Positions 37,691-47,129 of a stretch of DNA of 64,000 nucleotides are shown here, piece by piece. Under the pieces are notes generated by a model, which was not told the origin of the DNA, made no database searches, and saw only the letters and a list, made by a program, of their open reading frames with translations. A program made the translations under genes and the position numbers. Each line of letters begins with the position of its first letter. The first letter of the stretch is position 1. Source of the stretch: a phage; the sequence record OZ346158.1; one strand, given 5' to 3'.

Positions 37691-38479
37691 TTACTCGGAA
37701 ACAGGGGTCCAAATATGATTTGCACGATCCTCAATAAGATTGAGTGCGATCTGACGACCCAACCCAGAACGAACGACATCGTCTGGACTATCAAAGCTGA
37801 TCATTCCAACCTCAGGATCTGGATGACGAGTAAAGAAATCCGTCACCCATGCAAGGCCAGATTTACCAGGGATGTCACGTTGGCTATTATCACCCATAAT
37901 TACAAGGGTGGCTTGATCAGAGATCCTTGTGATAATTGACAACATTTCTTCAGGGTTAGTTTGCTGTGCCTCGTCAATCAGGACAAAGCATCGCTCATCG
38001 AAACTACGACCACGAATGCTTTCAACTTCACAAATCTCGATACGGCTGTTCTGACCGTCTCCCAGCATTGCGGCAAAAGCACCTTTGCCAACACGACGAC
38101 AAATCGTGTCCATCATGCTTCGAAGATAGGGCCACAGTTTCTGCATTGCATTTCCAGGTTTAAATCCTGAAGTCTTTCCTGTCTGAACGTAAGGACGTGC
38201 AACAATAATCTTATCAATCTCGTTCTTACGCAGAAGATCACCTGCATATGCAGATGCCATGAATGTCTTACCGGATCCAAACACACCGTTTACAATAATA
38301 ATCTTACGTGACCCTAGATAATCAAGATACTTTTGCTGCTTCTTATTCATTGGTCGGAGAGCTGGAGCGGTGTGCTCTCTTTCGTCAGCAAATTTCTCAG
38401 CAGCCTTACGCAGGCGATCAGATTTGCGAGCCTCTCTAGCTTCATCACGCATGCGTTTTGTTTCTTTAGCTCGACCCAT
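37691..38479 (-). CDS. phoH: PhoH-like ATPase
   Basis: Walker A GVFGSGKTF, Walker B-like VLIDEAQQT, PhoH-type length and layout. Confidence 0.8.
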   Translation of the reverse strand: MGRAKETKRMRDEAREARKSDRLRKAAEKFADEREHTAPALRPMNKKQQKYLDYLGSRKIIIVNGVFGSGKTFMASAYAGDLLRKNEIDKIIVARPYVQTGKTSGFKPGNAMQKLWPYLRSMMDTICRRVGKGAFAAMLGDGQNSRIEICEVESIRGRSFDERCFVLIDEAQQTNPEEMLSIITRISDQATLVIMGDNSQRDIPGKSGLAWVTDFFTRHPDPEVGMISFDSPDDVVRSGLGRQIALNLIEDRANHIWTPVSE

Positions 38480-38517
38480 GTTGGGACTCCTTTCAGATTG
38501 AGATGTGCCAAGTACTT

Positions 38518-38868
38518 TTACTGCAACAGTTTTTCAATAGCCGCTTCCATGCTGCTTGCAACAGCCTGAACTCGGATATTCATCTCTTCTTGGTGGATCA
38601 GCTCCTTAAGCTCTTTAATGGTAAATTCTTTAGAGAAACCTTCCACCATAATCTTGTGCAAGGCTTCTTGCGTGTCTACTTGCAAGAACTTTTCCAGTTT
38701 GTTGGCAGAGGCTTCTAAATCAGCCCGAATACGAGGGTCATCTGTGCGATTCAGCATTAGGCGTAAGCCATCAAGATTAGTAGAAATAGCATCTGCATGT
38801 TGAGTAACTAACCGTGGCAAAATGAGATCTACAAACTTATTAGCCAAATCGATACGTTCTTGTGTCAC
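38518..38868 (-). CDS. hypothetical protein
   Basis: 116-aa ORF; GTG start overlaps stop of upstream small ORF (GTGA). Confidence 0.5.
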   Translation of the reverse strand: MTQERIDLANKFVDLILPRLVTQHADAISTNLDGLRLMLNRTDDPRIRADLEASANKLEKFLQVDTQEALHKIMVEGFSKEFTIKELKELIHQEEMNIRVQAVASSMEAAIEKLLQ

Positions 38869-38978
38869 TGTTGCACCCCCTCTTCATCTTCATGATGTTT
38901 CTTTTCACGCTTGTGTTTTTTCTTAAGCTCAAGCGCAATCTCTTTCTTGTACGCCTTCTTCAAGGCTTTTTTAGCCAT
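38865..38978 (-). CDS. hypothetical small lysine-rich protein (37 aa)
   Basis: ATG preceded by agaggagg; MAKKALKKAYKKEIALELKKKHKREKKHHEDEEG; below ORF-track cutoff. Confidence 0.35.
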   Translation of the reverse strand: MAKKALKKAYKKEIALELKKKHKREKKHHEDEEGVQQ

Positions 38979-39040
38979 TTGGCACCTCCTCTGCTTTCAT
39001 TACGGCAATTATAACCAACTCAACAAAGCTTTGTCAACAA

Positions 39041-39514
39041 CTAGTCTACCTGAACCCAACCGCCTGATACTTTTTTAAACATTCTTTGGTTATCACTGCC
39101 TCGGAACGGTTTCTTGGTTGGTAAATCTTTTACATACTTACCGTCAATGATGATATCAGCCAGTTTAAGAACATCACTAGAGATATGGTCAAATGTGAAC
39201 CCAGTATATACAAGAATAGTTTTCTTGTCACCAAATTTTTCCTTAATTTTCTCCATCAGGCTAATAATATCTGGCTCATTATAGTATGCTAAGGGTTCTC
39301 CACCCAGCAGAGAGATACCGCACACAGACGGGTTATCTAAATCTGACAAGATTTTTTGCAAGTCTTCTTCAGTGAACTCCCTCCCCTTATCTTTTGACCA
39401 AAATGCCTGATTAAAGCAACCAGGGCAAGCGTGTGGGCACCCAGATACCCACAAGGCAGTTCTAATACCTGGTCCTTCGGTGTAAGATATTTCTGTGTAT
39501 CCAGCAATGTTCAT
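39041..39514 (-). CDS. nrdG: anaerobic ribonucleotide reductase activating protein (radical SAM)
   Basis: CPHACPGC radical-SAM cluster motif, 157 aa, adjacent to nrdD. Confidence 0.85.
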   Translation of the reverse strand: MNIAGYTEISYTEGPGIRTALWVSGCPHACPGCFNQAFWSKDKGREFTEEDLQKILSDLDNPSVCGISLLGGEPLAYYNEPDIISLMEKIKEKFGDKKTILVYTGFTFDHISSDVLKLADIIIDGKYVKDLPTKKPFRGSDNQRMFKKVSGGWVQVD

Positions 39515-39690
39515 AGATACTCCGCATCACATTTAGGGCAATGCCAAATAAAATCGTCTAGTGCCTTGCACCAACGAAGATTACAACTACAGCCGCACTT
39601 GCAAATTTTATAAATACCTGATGACATACTGCACCTCCTAGCTCACTGTGTGTCAATAATATGCCACATCCTTGTGGCTTTTGTCAAGAA

Positions 39691-40935
39691 TCAGCAACCA
39701 CAACTTCCGTAGTGCTTAACTCGCTCGATAACTTCCGCTTGCTTACCTTTATTGTAAGGACGGGAGTTAGGACTGGAAAGGTATCCAGACACACGTCGAA
39801 TTACACTGATCGTTCCCTCTTCATGGTTTCCACACTCTGGGCATACAAAGCCTTTAGCTGTTGCACTGAACTCACCAGAGAAACCACACTTGAGACATTT
39901 ATCCACAGGTTGGTTAATACCAAAATACATAATGTGTTTATACCCGAAGTCAACAAGAGCCTCTAAAGCATCCAGGTTGTTTTTCAGGTTAGGTGTTTCT
40001 ACGTATCCGATGTTGCCACCAGAGGAGATCATAGCAAAACCTTCCTCATACTCCCACTTATCAAAAGGAGAGCTATTTATCCATACTGGCTGATGGAAAC
40101 TGTTGGTGAGATATTCATGCTCGTGCTTCAACACTTCCGGATATTCACGATCCAGACAGGTTGCAGCTTTATAGCATAGACTCTCAGAAGGAGTGCCGTA
40201 CAAGCTAAATGCTAGTCTACTTTCCTTCTTGTATCGCTCACAAGCATCTCTCATGTGCTGAAGGATTCCAAGAGCTAAAGCCTTGTCACCCTCTCTGCCC
40301 AAAATCTGACAGGTTTCATACACACCGATATACCCAATACTGATGGAAGCGTACCCGTCATAGAAGAGTTTATCAATACTCTCTTCAGGATCCAGGCGAG
40401 CAAGAGCGCCTTCACACCACATGATGGGGTTCTGCCCTGCCTTTGTTCCTTTTAGACGATTAACCCTTACAAGGTGAGCCTCGTATGCAAGATCCAAGTA
40501 TTCGTCAAGAACTGCAAAGAAATCAACACCTTCCGTCTTGGCTTTTGCCGCAATCATTGGCAGGTTAAGGCTAACAACGCCTAAGTTAAATCTGCCAAGG
40601 TATTTCTCCTCGCCTGTTTCCAAGTCATTGTATTTGCTAAGAAAACTCCTGCAACCCATGCTAGTTACTTTGCCATCTGTCGAGCCTGTCACTTTTCTAT
40701 TTAGTGGTACAGATACGAAGTCAGGATAGATACGTTCTGCACAGCATTCCAGAGCTAATCGTTTCAAATCATAGTTAGGATCCCCAGGGTTCATGTTGAC
40801 ACCCTCTTCCAGGAAGAACAGCACTTTAGGGAACACAGGTGTGATACGTTCTTCACCAAGACCCATTTTGTGGACTTTCAGGTAGTTTTTGGTAATCATT
40901 CTACCAAAGACCGAGGTATCCAGTCCTAAACTCAA
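39691..40935 (-). CDS. nrdD: anaerobic ribonucleoside-triphosphate reductase, exon 2 (C-terminal part; 5' end approximate)
   Basis: FSLYGTPSES, C-terminal Cys cluster and glycyl-radical motif IRRVSGYL; frame continues from intron. Confidence 0.85.
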   Translation of the reverse strand: MSLGLDTSVFGRMITKNYLKVHKMGLGEERITPVFPKVLFFLEEGVNMNPGDPNYDLKRLALECCAERIYPDFVSVPLNRKVTGSTDGKVTSMGCRSFLSKYNDLETGEEKYLGRFNLGVVSLNLPMIAAKAKTEGVDFFAVLDEYLDLAYEAHLVRVNRLKGTKAGQNPIMWCEGALARLDPEESIDKLFYDGYASISIGYIGVYETCQILGREGDKALALGILQHMRDACERYKKESRLAFSLYGTPSESLCYKAATCLDREYPEVLKHEHEYLTNSFHQPVWINSSPFDKWEYEEGFAMISSGGNIGYVETPNLKNNLDALEALVDFGYKHIMYFGINQPVDKCLKCGFSGEFSATAKGFVCPECGNHEEGTISVIRRVSGYLSSPNSRPYNKGKQAEVIERVKHYGSCGC

Positions 40936-41747
40936 TGTGATGAATGGAGTCTGCTGTCTCCTCCCTGTGTTTCCACAGGGCCAGACTATCTCTTACTCTA
41001 CTTCAATAAGATAATAACCCTTTATTGTGAGATGCTTACCTTCGGCATTTCCTTCGATAGCCCTATGAACGTTACCTACGTTCAAATTTAAGGCTTTTGC
41101 ACAGGCATAGAGTGAAGGATATTCACCAACCAAGGTTTTACCTTTGTATGCCTGCACTTTCCTATAGCACTTACCTGGACAAAGTCCTGTTCGGAAAGCA
41201 TGTCTCTTATTATCTTCCGGCAAAACCCACTCTAGGTTAGACGGATGATCATTCAATGTATTGCCATCTTTATGATTCACTTCCCAGTTTTCAGGGTCTA
41301 CTGGGACATCTGGCAAACAATACAAGGCAACAACCCTTGAGGTTTGGATTCGAATCTTTTTGCCTTTGTGGTTGAAAGAGTACATATAACGGCGTTTAAC
41401 ATGCTTGTTACCTTTTCCATAACCTCCCCACAATATTGGGTGTAGCATTCCACGTTTTCCGTATACGTTTCCAACCTCATCAATCACATAGTTTGATTCT
41501 TCACCATTAAGAATGATCTTTTTCATAGAGCCTCTCCATTTCGAAGTTAGTATTTCAACTAACCCCTACACTACTTGGTTCAGAAATGTTTGTCAAGCAT
41601 CTCTGCCTTTCGTTAGTCGTTACAACCGTTCCAACTCCTGTAAGAACTAGTCACGGGATTGGCATAGCTTTCGCCTTAGCGTTCCCCGTTAGCCGGATTT
41701 ACCGACCCCTCTTATGAGGTTAGGAGAGTTTTACAACGGCCAGTTTG
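40936..41747 (-). mobile_element. group I intron in nrdD (boundaries approximate)
   Basis: On - strand: R-like GUAACGACUAAC (about 41610-41622), S-like GAGAUAGUCUGG (40981-40992), P9 hairpin CCCTGTG-GAAA-CACAGGG (40963-40980); HNH ORF embedded. Confidence 0.7.
40993..41526 (-). CDS. HNH homing endonuclease, intron-encoded
   Basis: SRVVALYCLP...VNHKDGNTLNDHPSNLEWV HNH motif; RBS ggagagg; between the two nrdD segments. Confidence 0.85.
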   Translation of the reverse strand: MKKIILNGEESNYVIDEVGNVYGKRGMLHPILWGGYGKGNKHVKRRYMYSFNHKGKKIRIQTSRVVALYCLPDVPVDPENWEVNHKDGNTLNDHPSNLEWVLPEDNKRHAFRTGLCPGKCYRKVQAYKGKTLVGEYPSLYACAKALNLNVGNVHRAIEGNAEGKHLTIKGYYLIEVE

Positions 41748-42611
41748 TTAACCGTTGACAGAAGTTAACGTATTGATTTGATAGAGCAAAGTCTGCATGC
41801 TGTCAAATACGTCTTTATCTGTCATTTGCATTGCAACAGTCTCAGCATCTGGCAACCAATGTTCCTGGCAAAATTTAAGGTTCTTCTCATAGGTCGCTTC
41901 AGCATACTGTGCCAGATAATGATCAATATGGCTCATAGTCTGACCACCATATTGAGCACTAGCTACCGCACTAGAGATTTGGCTAAGGATTGTTGTTGCA
42001 ACCCCTATTGACTTCGGCTTACTGACATGGGCGTTACCAATGTTGAATCCGTTTTCCAACATATCTGGATAATTTACCAAACAACAGTTTGTTAACGGAC
42101 TGATCAAGTAGTCAAGATCATGCACATGGATGAATCCTTTATTGTGCTCTTCGGAGACACGGTCTGGCAGGATCTGTGTTGATGCAAGGTGTTTGCTAAG
42201 AATACCTGCAAGCAGGTCGCGATGAGTGTGTACATGATTAGTAGGCTTATTTGCGTTTTCTTTTGTAAATTCATCACAAGTTCGATCCAAGAAGCCACTA
42301 ATATCTGCAAGCAGTTTTCCACCTGCCTCTCTGTTATTATCTCTTGTCTGTCTATACTGGATGTATTCTCTGGCTGCACATTTTAAACCCATATCCATAA
42401 GAGCATCTTCAACAAGGATATGGATATTTTTTACAGAGATCGTGCACTGGTCGGTTGGTAGATTGTTAGCAACAACTTCATTAACCGCGCAGGCGATCCG
42501 GTAAGCTTCTTCTTCAGTATGTCCAGACTCAAGTAAGGCGGACTCTGCCGCCTTGATCACCTTAATTCCGTTATAGAACTCTTCTCTACCGTCCCGTTTT
42601 ACAACTTTCAC
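41748..42611 (-). CDS. nrdD: anaerobic ribonucleoside-triphosphate reductase, exon 1 (N-terminal part incl. ATP-cone; 3' junction not pinpointed)
   Basis: ATP-cone start MKVVKRDGREEFYNGIKVIKA; ORF ends at a stop just inside the intron. Confidence 0.8.
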   Translation of the reverse strand: MKVVKRDGREEFYNGIKVIKAAESALLESGHTEEEAYRIACAVNEVVANNLPTDQCTISVKNIHILVEDALMDMGLKCAAREYIQYRQTRDNNREAGGKLLADISGFLDRTCDEFTKENANKPTNHVHTHRDLLAGILSKHLASTQILPDRVSEEHNKGFIHVHDLDYLISPLTNCCLVNYPDMLENGFNIGNAHVSKPKSIGVATTILSQISSAVASAQYGGQTMSHIDHYLAQYAEATYEKNLKFCQEHWLPDAETVAMQMTDKDVFDSMQTLLYQINTLTSVNG

Positions 42612-42886
42612 TTTTTCTCTCCAAAACCATTCTTAACAAAAGAGATGAAATCGTCGGCACCGCCTATATGGACACTGTCAAGATCGCTTTCTAAGAAGAT
42701 CTGCGGCAACGTTCTGGGGACAATTGGACTGCACTTCTCAATAAGCTCTTCTTTTGTGTAGCCCTCGCCAAGTGTCTTATATACAAAAGGCAGACCTTTG
42801 CTGATTGCAAATTCTTTTGCTCTGACACAATGTGGGCAGTTATCCTTACCGTAAATGATGATGAAAAAAGATTTTTCGCAGCTCAT
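42608..42886 (-). CDS. glutaredoxin / NrdH-like redoxin
   Basis: CPHC active site in IIIYGKDNCPHCVRAKE; 92 aa; between nrdB and nrdD. Confidence 0.75.
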   Translation of the reverse strand: MSCEKSFFIIIYGKDNCPHCVRAKEFAISKGLPFVYKTLGEGYTKEELIEKCSPIVPRTLPQIFLESDLDSVHIGGADDFISFVKNGFGEKK

Positions 42887-42889
42887 ATA

Positions 42890-43978
42890 TTAAAACTCCC
42901 AAATTTCTTCTTCAGCGTCGTTAACAGTTGTGTTGACGCGGTAGTCAGTGTTCGACATTTCTTGGTTCGCCGTCTGTTGTAATGAAGGTTTCATCCACAC
43001 CTGCATAAACGGTAGCGGGTCCTTTGTTGGCGGCACAAAGTCTTTGTCGATGTCGTAGTAATCATAAATCGGTGAGCAGTTATAGTCAACCCACTCTTTA
43101 AGCAACGGTGAGTTAAGACCTATAATCGCTCTTCCTTCGCTGAAAATATAGTCACTCCAACCGTACTCTTTGGTTCGTACTTCATCAAGAATCTCTTTTA
43201 ACTCCCCCTTTATCTCAAGGAAGCTTTTCTCCCATGCGGGATCATTAAGCAAGATATCAATGATGGCAAAATCACCTTTCGAATGTAGCATTTCGTCAAG
43301 CATGATTTTTTGAACAAGCTGCGCCACCTGAACAAAGATACCCTGTTCAGCTACTGCGAAAGTGCATGCAAAACTTGCAATAAACTCAATACTTTCCAGA
43401 GCTAAAAGCGCAAAAAGCGCTCTAAGAATGCATTTCCGCACAATATCTTCTTCAACACTAGAAGGATCCAGGCGGTATTTTGCACCAATAACCTCAAGCT
43501 CTTGCATGTATTTGACAATAACGCCGGATCTGCTCAGAACGTTTTGGTTTTCCTGAATCTCTTCTATAATCTCACGGGCATTGGGGAGGCATTGTCTAAC
43601 AATCTCTGAGTAAGTTAGTGCGTGAAGAACTTCAATCTCTGACTGTTTCATCAATAGAGTGAAAAGCTCACTATTAGTGATGAATGGTGAAAAGAGGCAG
43701 ATGATCGATCTTGCCGCAACGCTATCAGCCTCCCATTGCCACATCAAGGTCTGCACCATCACGTCATAAGTTGACTTTGAGCATGTTACAAAATCTGAAA
43801 TAGATTGCGACAAATCCACTTCATCCTCTGCCCAATCTTGCTCTTTTTGTTTTTTGTATAGTTCAAACAGTTGTGGATATTTTTTGTTGATAGAGTCGTA
43901 CATACCCATTTGCTGTCCCAGAAACAGCGGATAGTCACCAGTTTTATGAGCGGTGTTCTCAGCATTAAATACAGCCAT
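42890..43978 (-). CDS. nrdB: ribonucleoside-diphosphate reductase beta subunit (class Ia R2)
   Basis: Ferritin-like R2 fold with E-x-x-H pairs; ATG at 43978 after gaggt avoids overlap with nrdA (ORF track 42890..44038). Confidence 0.85.
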   Translation of the reverse strand: MAVFNAENTAHKTGDYPLFLGQQMGMYDSINKKYPQLFELYKKQKEQDWAEDEVDLSQSISDFVTCSKSTYDVMVQTLMWQWEADSVAARSIICLFSPFITNSELFTLLMKQSEIEVLHALTYSEIVRQCLPNAREIIEEIQENQNVLSRSGVIVKYMQELEVIGAKYRLDPSSVEEDIVRKCILRALFALLALESIEFIASFACTFAVAEQGIFVQVAQLVQKIMLDEMLHSKGDFAIIDILLNDPAWEKSFLEIKGELKEILDEVRTKEYGWSDYIFSEGRAIIGLNSPLLKEWVDYNCSPIYDYYDIDKDFVPPTKDPLPFMQVWMKPSLQQTANQEMSNTDYRVNTTVNDAEEEIWEF

Positions 43979-44016
43979 TATTCTACCTCTAAAATGGGGC
44001 CGAAGCCCCTTTAAAA

Positions 44017-46332
44017 TTATAGTGCACAGCTTTCGCAATACGGATCTTCAACTGAACTATCTGCAATCAAAGGATAGTTCTTTCTGGTTTCATCTTCAGC
44101 CTGTTTCTTGGCATGAAGTTCCTCTGCCAAGGAGTCACCAGCACCAACCCTAGAGTTTAAATAATACCATGTCTTCATCCCGAATTTAGTGGCACGGATA
44201 AGGTACCCTAACTGCTCCTTCATTGAAATTTTACCATCTTTCAACTTGGTGTAGTCTATGTATAAATCCGCGCTGATTGCCTGACCTGTGAATTTTTGAA
44301 TCACGGCATACATATCGATCATGTCGTTAGTATCAACGTCCCAAGCCGAGGTATAATACTCTTTCAACTCATCATAGTCAGGAACGATAAACAGCACCTG
44401 CCCTTGTGGCGACTTTTTAAAGATAATGTGCTCACGGACAGGATAAACCCCGTTAGTGGTGTTTGTTGCCAGCGAAGAGCTTTCATTAGGCATATATGCT
44501 TCAAGAACGCTATTACGTAGCCCACCATTCTCAATGATTTCTTTACGTAACCCTTCCCAATCCTGTTTAAGAGAAGGATCTTTCACCACGCTATCGACCT
44601 CTTTGTTATAGGTGTCGATTGGTAACCAACCTTCTGGATATTTTGTTTTATGCATCCACTCGCAGACACCACGCTCTTTTGCCAACCGTAAACTTGCCTT
44701 ATGCAAGCTGTAGCTGTGAAGTTCTGCAAGATCGTGAACGAGCTGTTTACTTTCAGGAGACCCGTAAGTAACCTTGTGGCTGGCAATAAAATGTGCAACA
44801 TTGGTAAGGCCAACCCCGATGGATCTGCGTTTTTTAACTGTGCTTTCCATATTTTCATACGGATATGTCATGATTTCCATAACATTGTCAATCATAAGCA
44901 CCGTATAGTATGCAACATCCTCATACTCCTCTGGAGTAACCCTCCCAGCTACAAGAGATGACAGGAAGCACAATGCAACCTCTCCATCATCAGCATCGTA
45001 CTTGAAGATATTACGCATATCTGAATAGCCTTTTGTCGGGAGGGCTATTTCTGCACACAGGTTGCTTGAATAGATCACATCTTTAAAAGGTGTATGTCTA
45101 TTCATCTCATCTGTCCAGTATACGTACAGCCTTCCCACCTCAGTGCGCTGCGTGATCAGTTCAACAGCAAGATCTCTAGCTCGGATCCATGTTTTAGGAA
45201 TACTGTCATCTTTAGCAATACGATCAACCTCTGCATCAAACTCCTCCATAGACATGGTGAAGATACCCTCATGCAGTTGAGGCGCGTGCTTATAAGAAAC
45301 AAGCATCCAATCTAAATTCTTAGCCACACGGTTGATAAACGACCTATTAATACCGATGGAGTAGTCCATGGTGTTGATTCTTTTTGAAGCAACAGTCATA
45401 GGGTTTCTCAAACGGATTAGCTCATCAATCTGCGGGTCCAGTGCAAGGAATGATACTGTTGCAGAACCACCACGTGATTGTTGTCTGTTCTCCTTAACCC
45501 CAGCATCAATACCTCGATAATATGGAATCTTACCCATATGTTTAATAGTGTTACCACGAACACCATCGCCTGCAGATCTTGAGGATAAGTAGTAGCCGAT
45601 ACCTGCTTGGTTAACCGTCATTGTGTACGCAACTTCACGTGCCACACCAATAGATTTTGCTGTATCGTCAGCTTTTATTACACAACAAGATGCATACCCT
45701 GTCTTACCTGTGCGCAGCCCGTTTAAGTACGGTGTTGGGGCATTGATCTTTAAGTCGGACAGATAAGTGTATAATTTTACAACATCGTTGATACGACGTT
45801 CTTTCGGCATATTCTTCATGACAGCCATTGCTATCCCCATAAACATCATCTGGGGAGATTCAAACAAGGTGTCTTTAAGAGTATCCTTGATCCCGTATTT
45901 GTCGCGAAACTGTTTAAGGACTGCATAGCCATAACCGAGATCTTTACTGTGGTCAATAACAGCGTCTAAAGTGTTTAGCTCGGTAAAGCTATAACCCATA
46001 TCCTCCCAATAACCTTTCTCAACCATGTCATTGTAAAATGATGGTAAGGAAGGGATCTTTGTAAACCCTCCAAAAGCCTCTTTATAGATCTGACCAATAA
46101 GAACACGACCAGCCATACGGGAATGTGCTTCGTCTTTACGGCTAACACAAGAGTCTATAATAGCTTGGTTAACTTCTTTGGTTGTACATCCATCATACAA
46201 CCGCTTGTAGGCATCCAGTGCAATATGTGACCAATTGCCGTTACCATCGTCACCGAAAATAGCTGCCTTATTTAAACGTTCTGGATCGAATGCCACTTCA
46301 CATCCGTTGCTTTTAATTACCTTGGTGATCAA
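44017..46332 (-). CDS. nrdA: ribonucleoside-diphosphate reductase alpha subunit (class Ia R1)
   Basis: ATP-cone N-terminus, active-site SNLCAEIALPT, C-terminal CESCAL, 771 aa. Confidence 0.9.
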   Translation of the reverse strand: MITKVIKSNGCEVAFDPERLNKAAIFGDDGNGNWSHIALDAYKRLYDGCTTKEVNQAIIDSCVSRKDEAHSRMAGRVLIGQIYKEAFGGFTKIPSLPSFYNDMVEKGYWEDMGYSFTELNTLDAVIDHSKDLGYGYAVLKQFRDKYGIKDTLKDTLFESPQMMFMGIAMAVMKNMPKERRINDVVKLYTYLSDLKINAPTPYLNGLRTGKTGYASCCVIKADDTAKSIGVAREVAYTMTVNQAGIGYYLSSRSAGDGVRGNTIKHMGKIPYYRGIDAGVKENRQQSRGGSATVSFLALDPQIDELIRLRNPMTVASKRINTMDYSIGINRSFINRVAKNLDWMLVSYKHAPQLHEGIFTMSMEEFDAEVDRIAKDDSIPKTWIRARDLAVELITQRTEVGRLYVYWTDEMNRHTPFKDVIYSSNLCAEIALPTKGYSDMRNIFKYDADDGEVALCFLSSLVAGRVTPEEYEDVAYYTVLMIDNVMEIMTYPYENMESTVKKRRSIGVGLTNVAHFIASHKVTYGSPESKQLVHDLAELHSYSLHKASLRLAKERGVCEWMHKTKYPEGWLPIDTYNKEVDSVVKDPSLKQDWEGLRKEIIENGGLRNSVLEAYMPNESSSLATNTTNGVYPVREHIIFKKSPQGQVLFIVPDYDELKEYYTSAWDVDTNDMIDMYAVIQKFTGQAISADLYIDYTKLKDGKISMKEQLGYLIRATKFGMKTWYYLNSRVGAGDSLAEELHAKKQAEDETRKNYPLIADSSVEDPYCESCAL

Positions 46333-46559
46333 TTTGCTTCCTCCACTTCACTAACGTATTTATCAAGGCAGGTATCAGTATCTTGCTGGATAAAAGTATC
46401 CTCTTCTACAGAGATATTTATAATTTTACCTGTATACTCGTCATAATAGACATCATCATACATTTTAATATCGTTTGTCAGGCCATTGAACCAAAGCCAA
46501 CCAACATACTCTGCCCGACTTGCAAAACCAAGATCCTTCCACTTGGAGTTATGACTCAT
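46329..46559 (-). CDS. hypothetical protein
   Basis: ORF track 46329..46637; ATG 46559 after aaggtgg avoids overlap. Confidence 0.5.
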   Translation of the reverse strand: MSHNSKWKDLGFASRAEYVGWLWFNGLTNDIKMYDDVYYDEYTGKIINISVEEDTFIQQDTDTCLDKYVSEVEEAN

Positions 46560-46569
46560 CTTCACCACC

Positions 46570-47070
46570 TTAGCTTTCAATACCGAATAATTTTTCCAGG
46601 CGATGCAGATCTTCAAAATTGAAAGGTTCATCAACAATATGAATATCTTCAGCCTTTTCAGATTGTTTTGTATACTTTCTTACATTAACACGATCCTCTA
46701 CGGGGATATCATACGGGAGATCTTGAACAAGCATTGCCTCACCAGGTGCTTTATCTACATCTAAAATATCTACACCGTTATACATTTGTGGGTATCTAAA
46801 GTCTGCACGCATGACACCAGCAAATACATCTGCCTTTCGATAATGTGTTGGCTTATTTTTGCATCGAACGTTTTTTCCACGAAGAACATCAATACTTTTT
46901 AAATCAAACCCTACGGCAAAGAGTGCAGCTCGGAGACCGTTTCGTGTGCGAACGTTAAACCCGGGGACGGTAGATAGAAAATCTAAAGTAACTGAAATAA
47001 ATGTCTTTTTAGGAATCATAACATTACTCATATCTGTCTCCATTTCTGGCTCACCAACAAAGTGAGCCAT
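46570..47070 (-). CDS. hypothetical protein
   Basis: 166-aa ORF. Confidence 0.5.
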   Translation of the reverse strand: MAHFVGEPEMETDMSNVMIPKKTFISVTLDFLSTVPGFNVRTRNGLRAALFAVGFDLKSIDVLRGKNVRCKNKPTHYRKADVFAGVMRADFRYPQMYNGVDILDVDKAPGEAMLVQDLPYDIPVEDRVNVRKYTKQSEKAEDIHIVDEPFNFEDLHRLEKLFGIES

Positions 47071-47129
47071 TATTATAGATTATCTAATACTATTAGTCAA
47101 CACAAAAGTTACCTATCGCTGTGATAGGA

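Noticed and set aside
39515-39640. Cys-rich small ORF between nrdG and nrdD
   Set aside because: On careful re-translation the frame hits a stop after about 13 codons; my first reading was a reverse-complement error.
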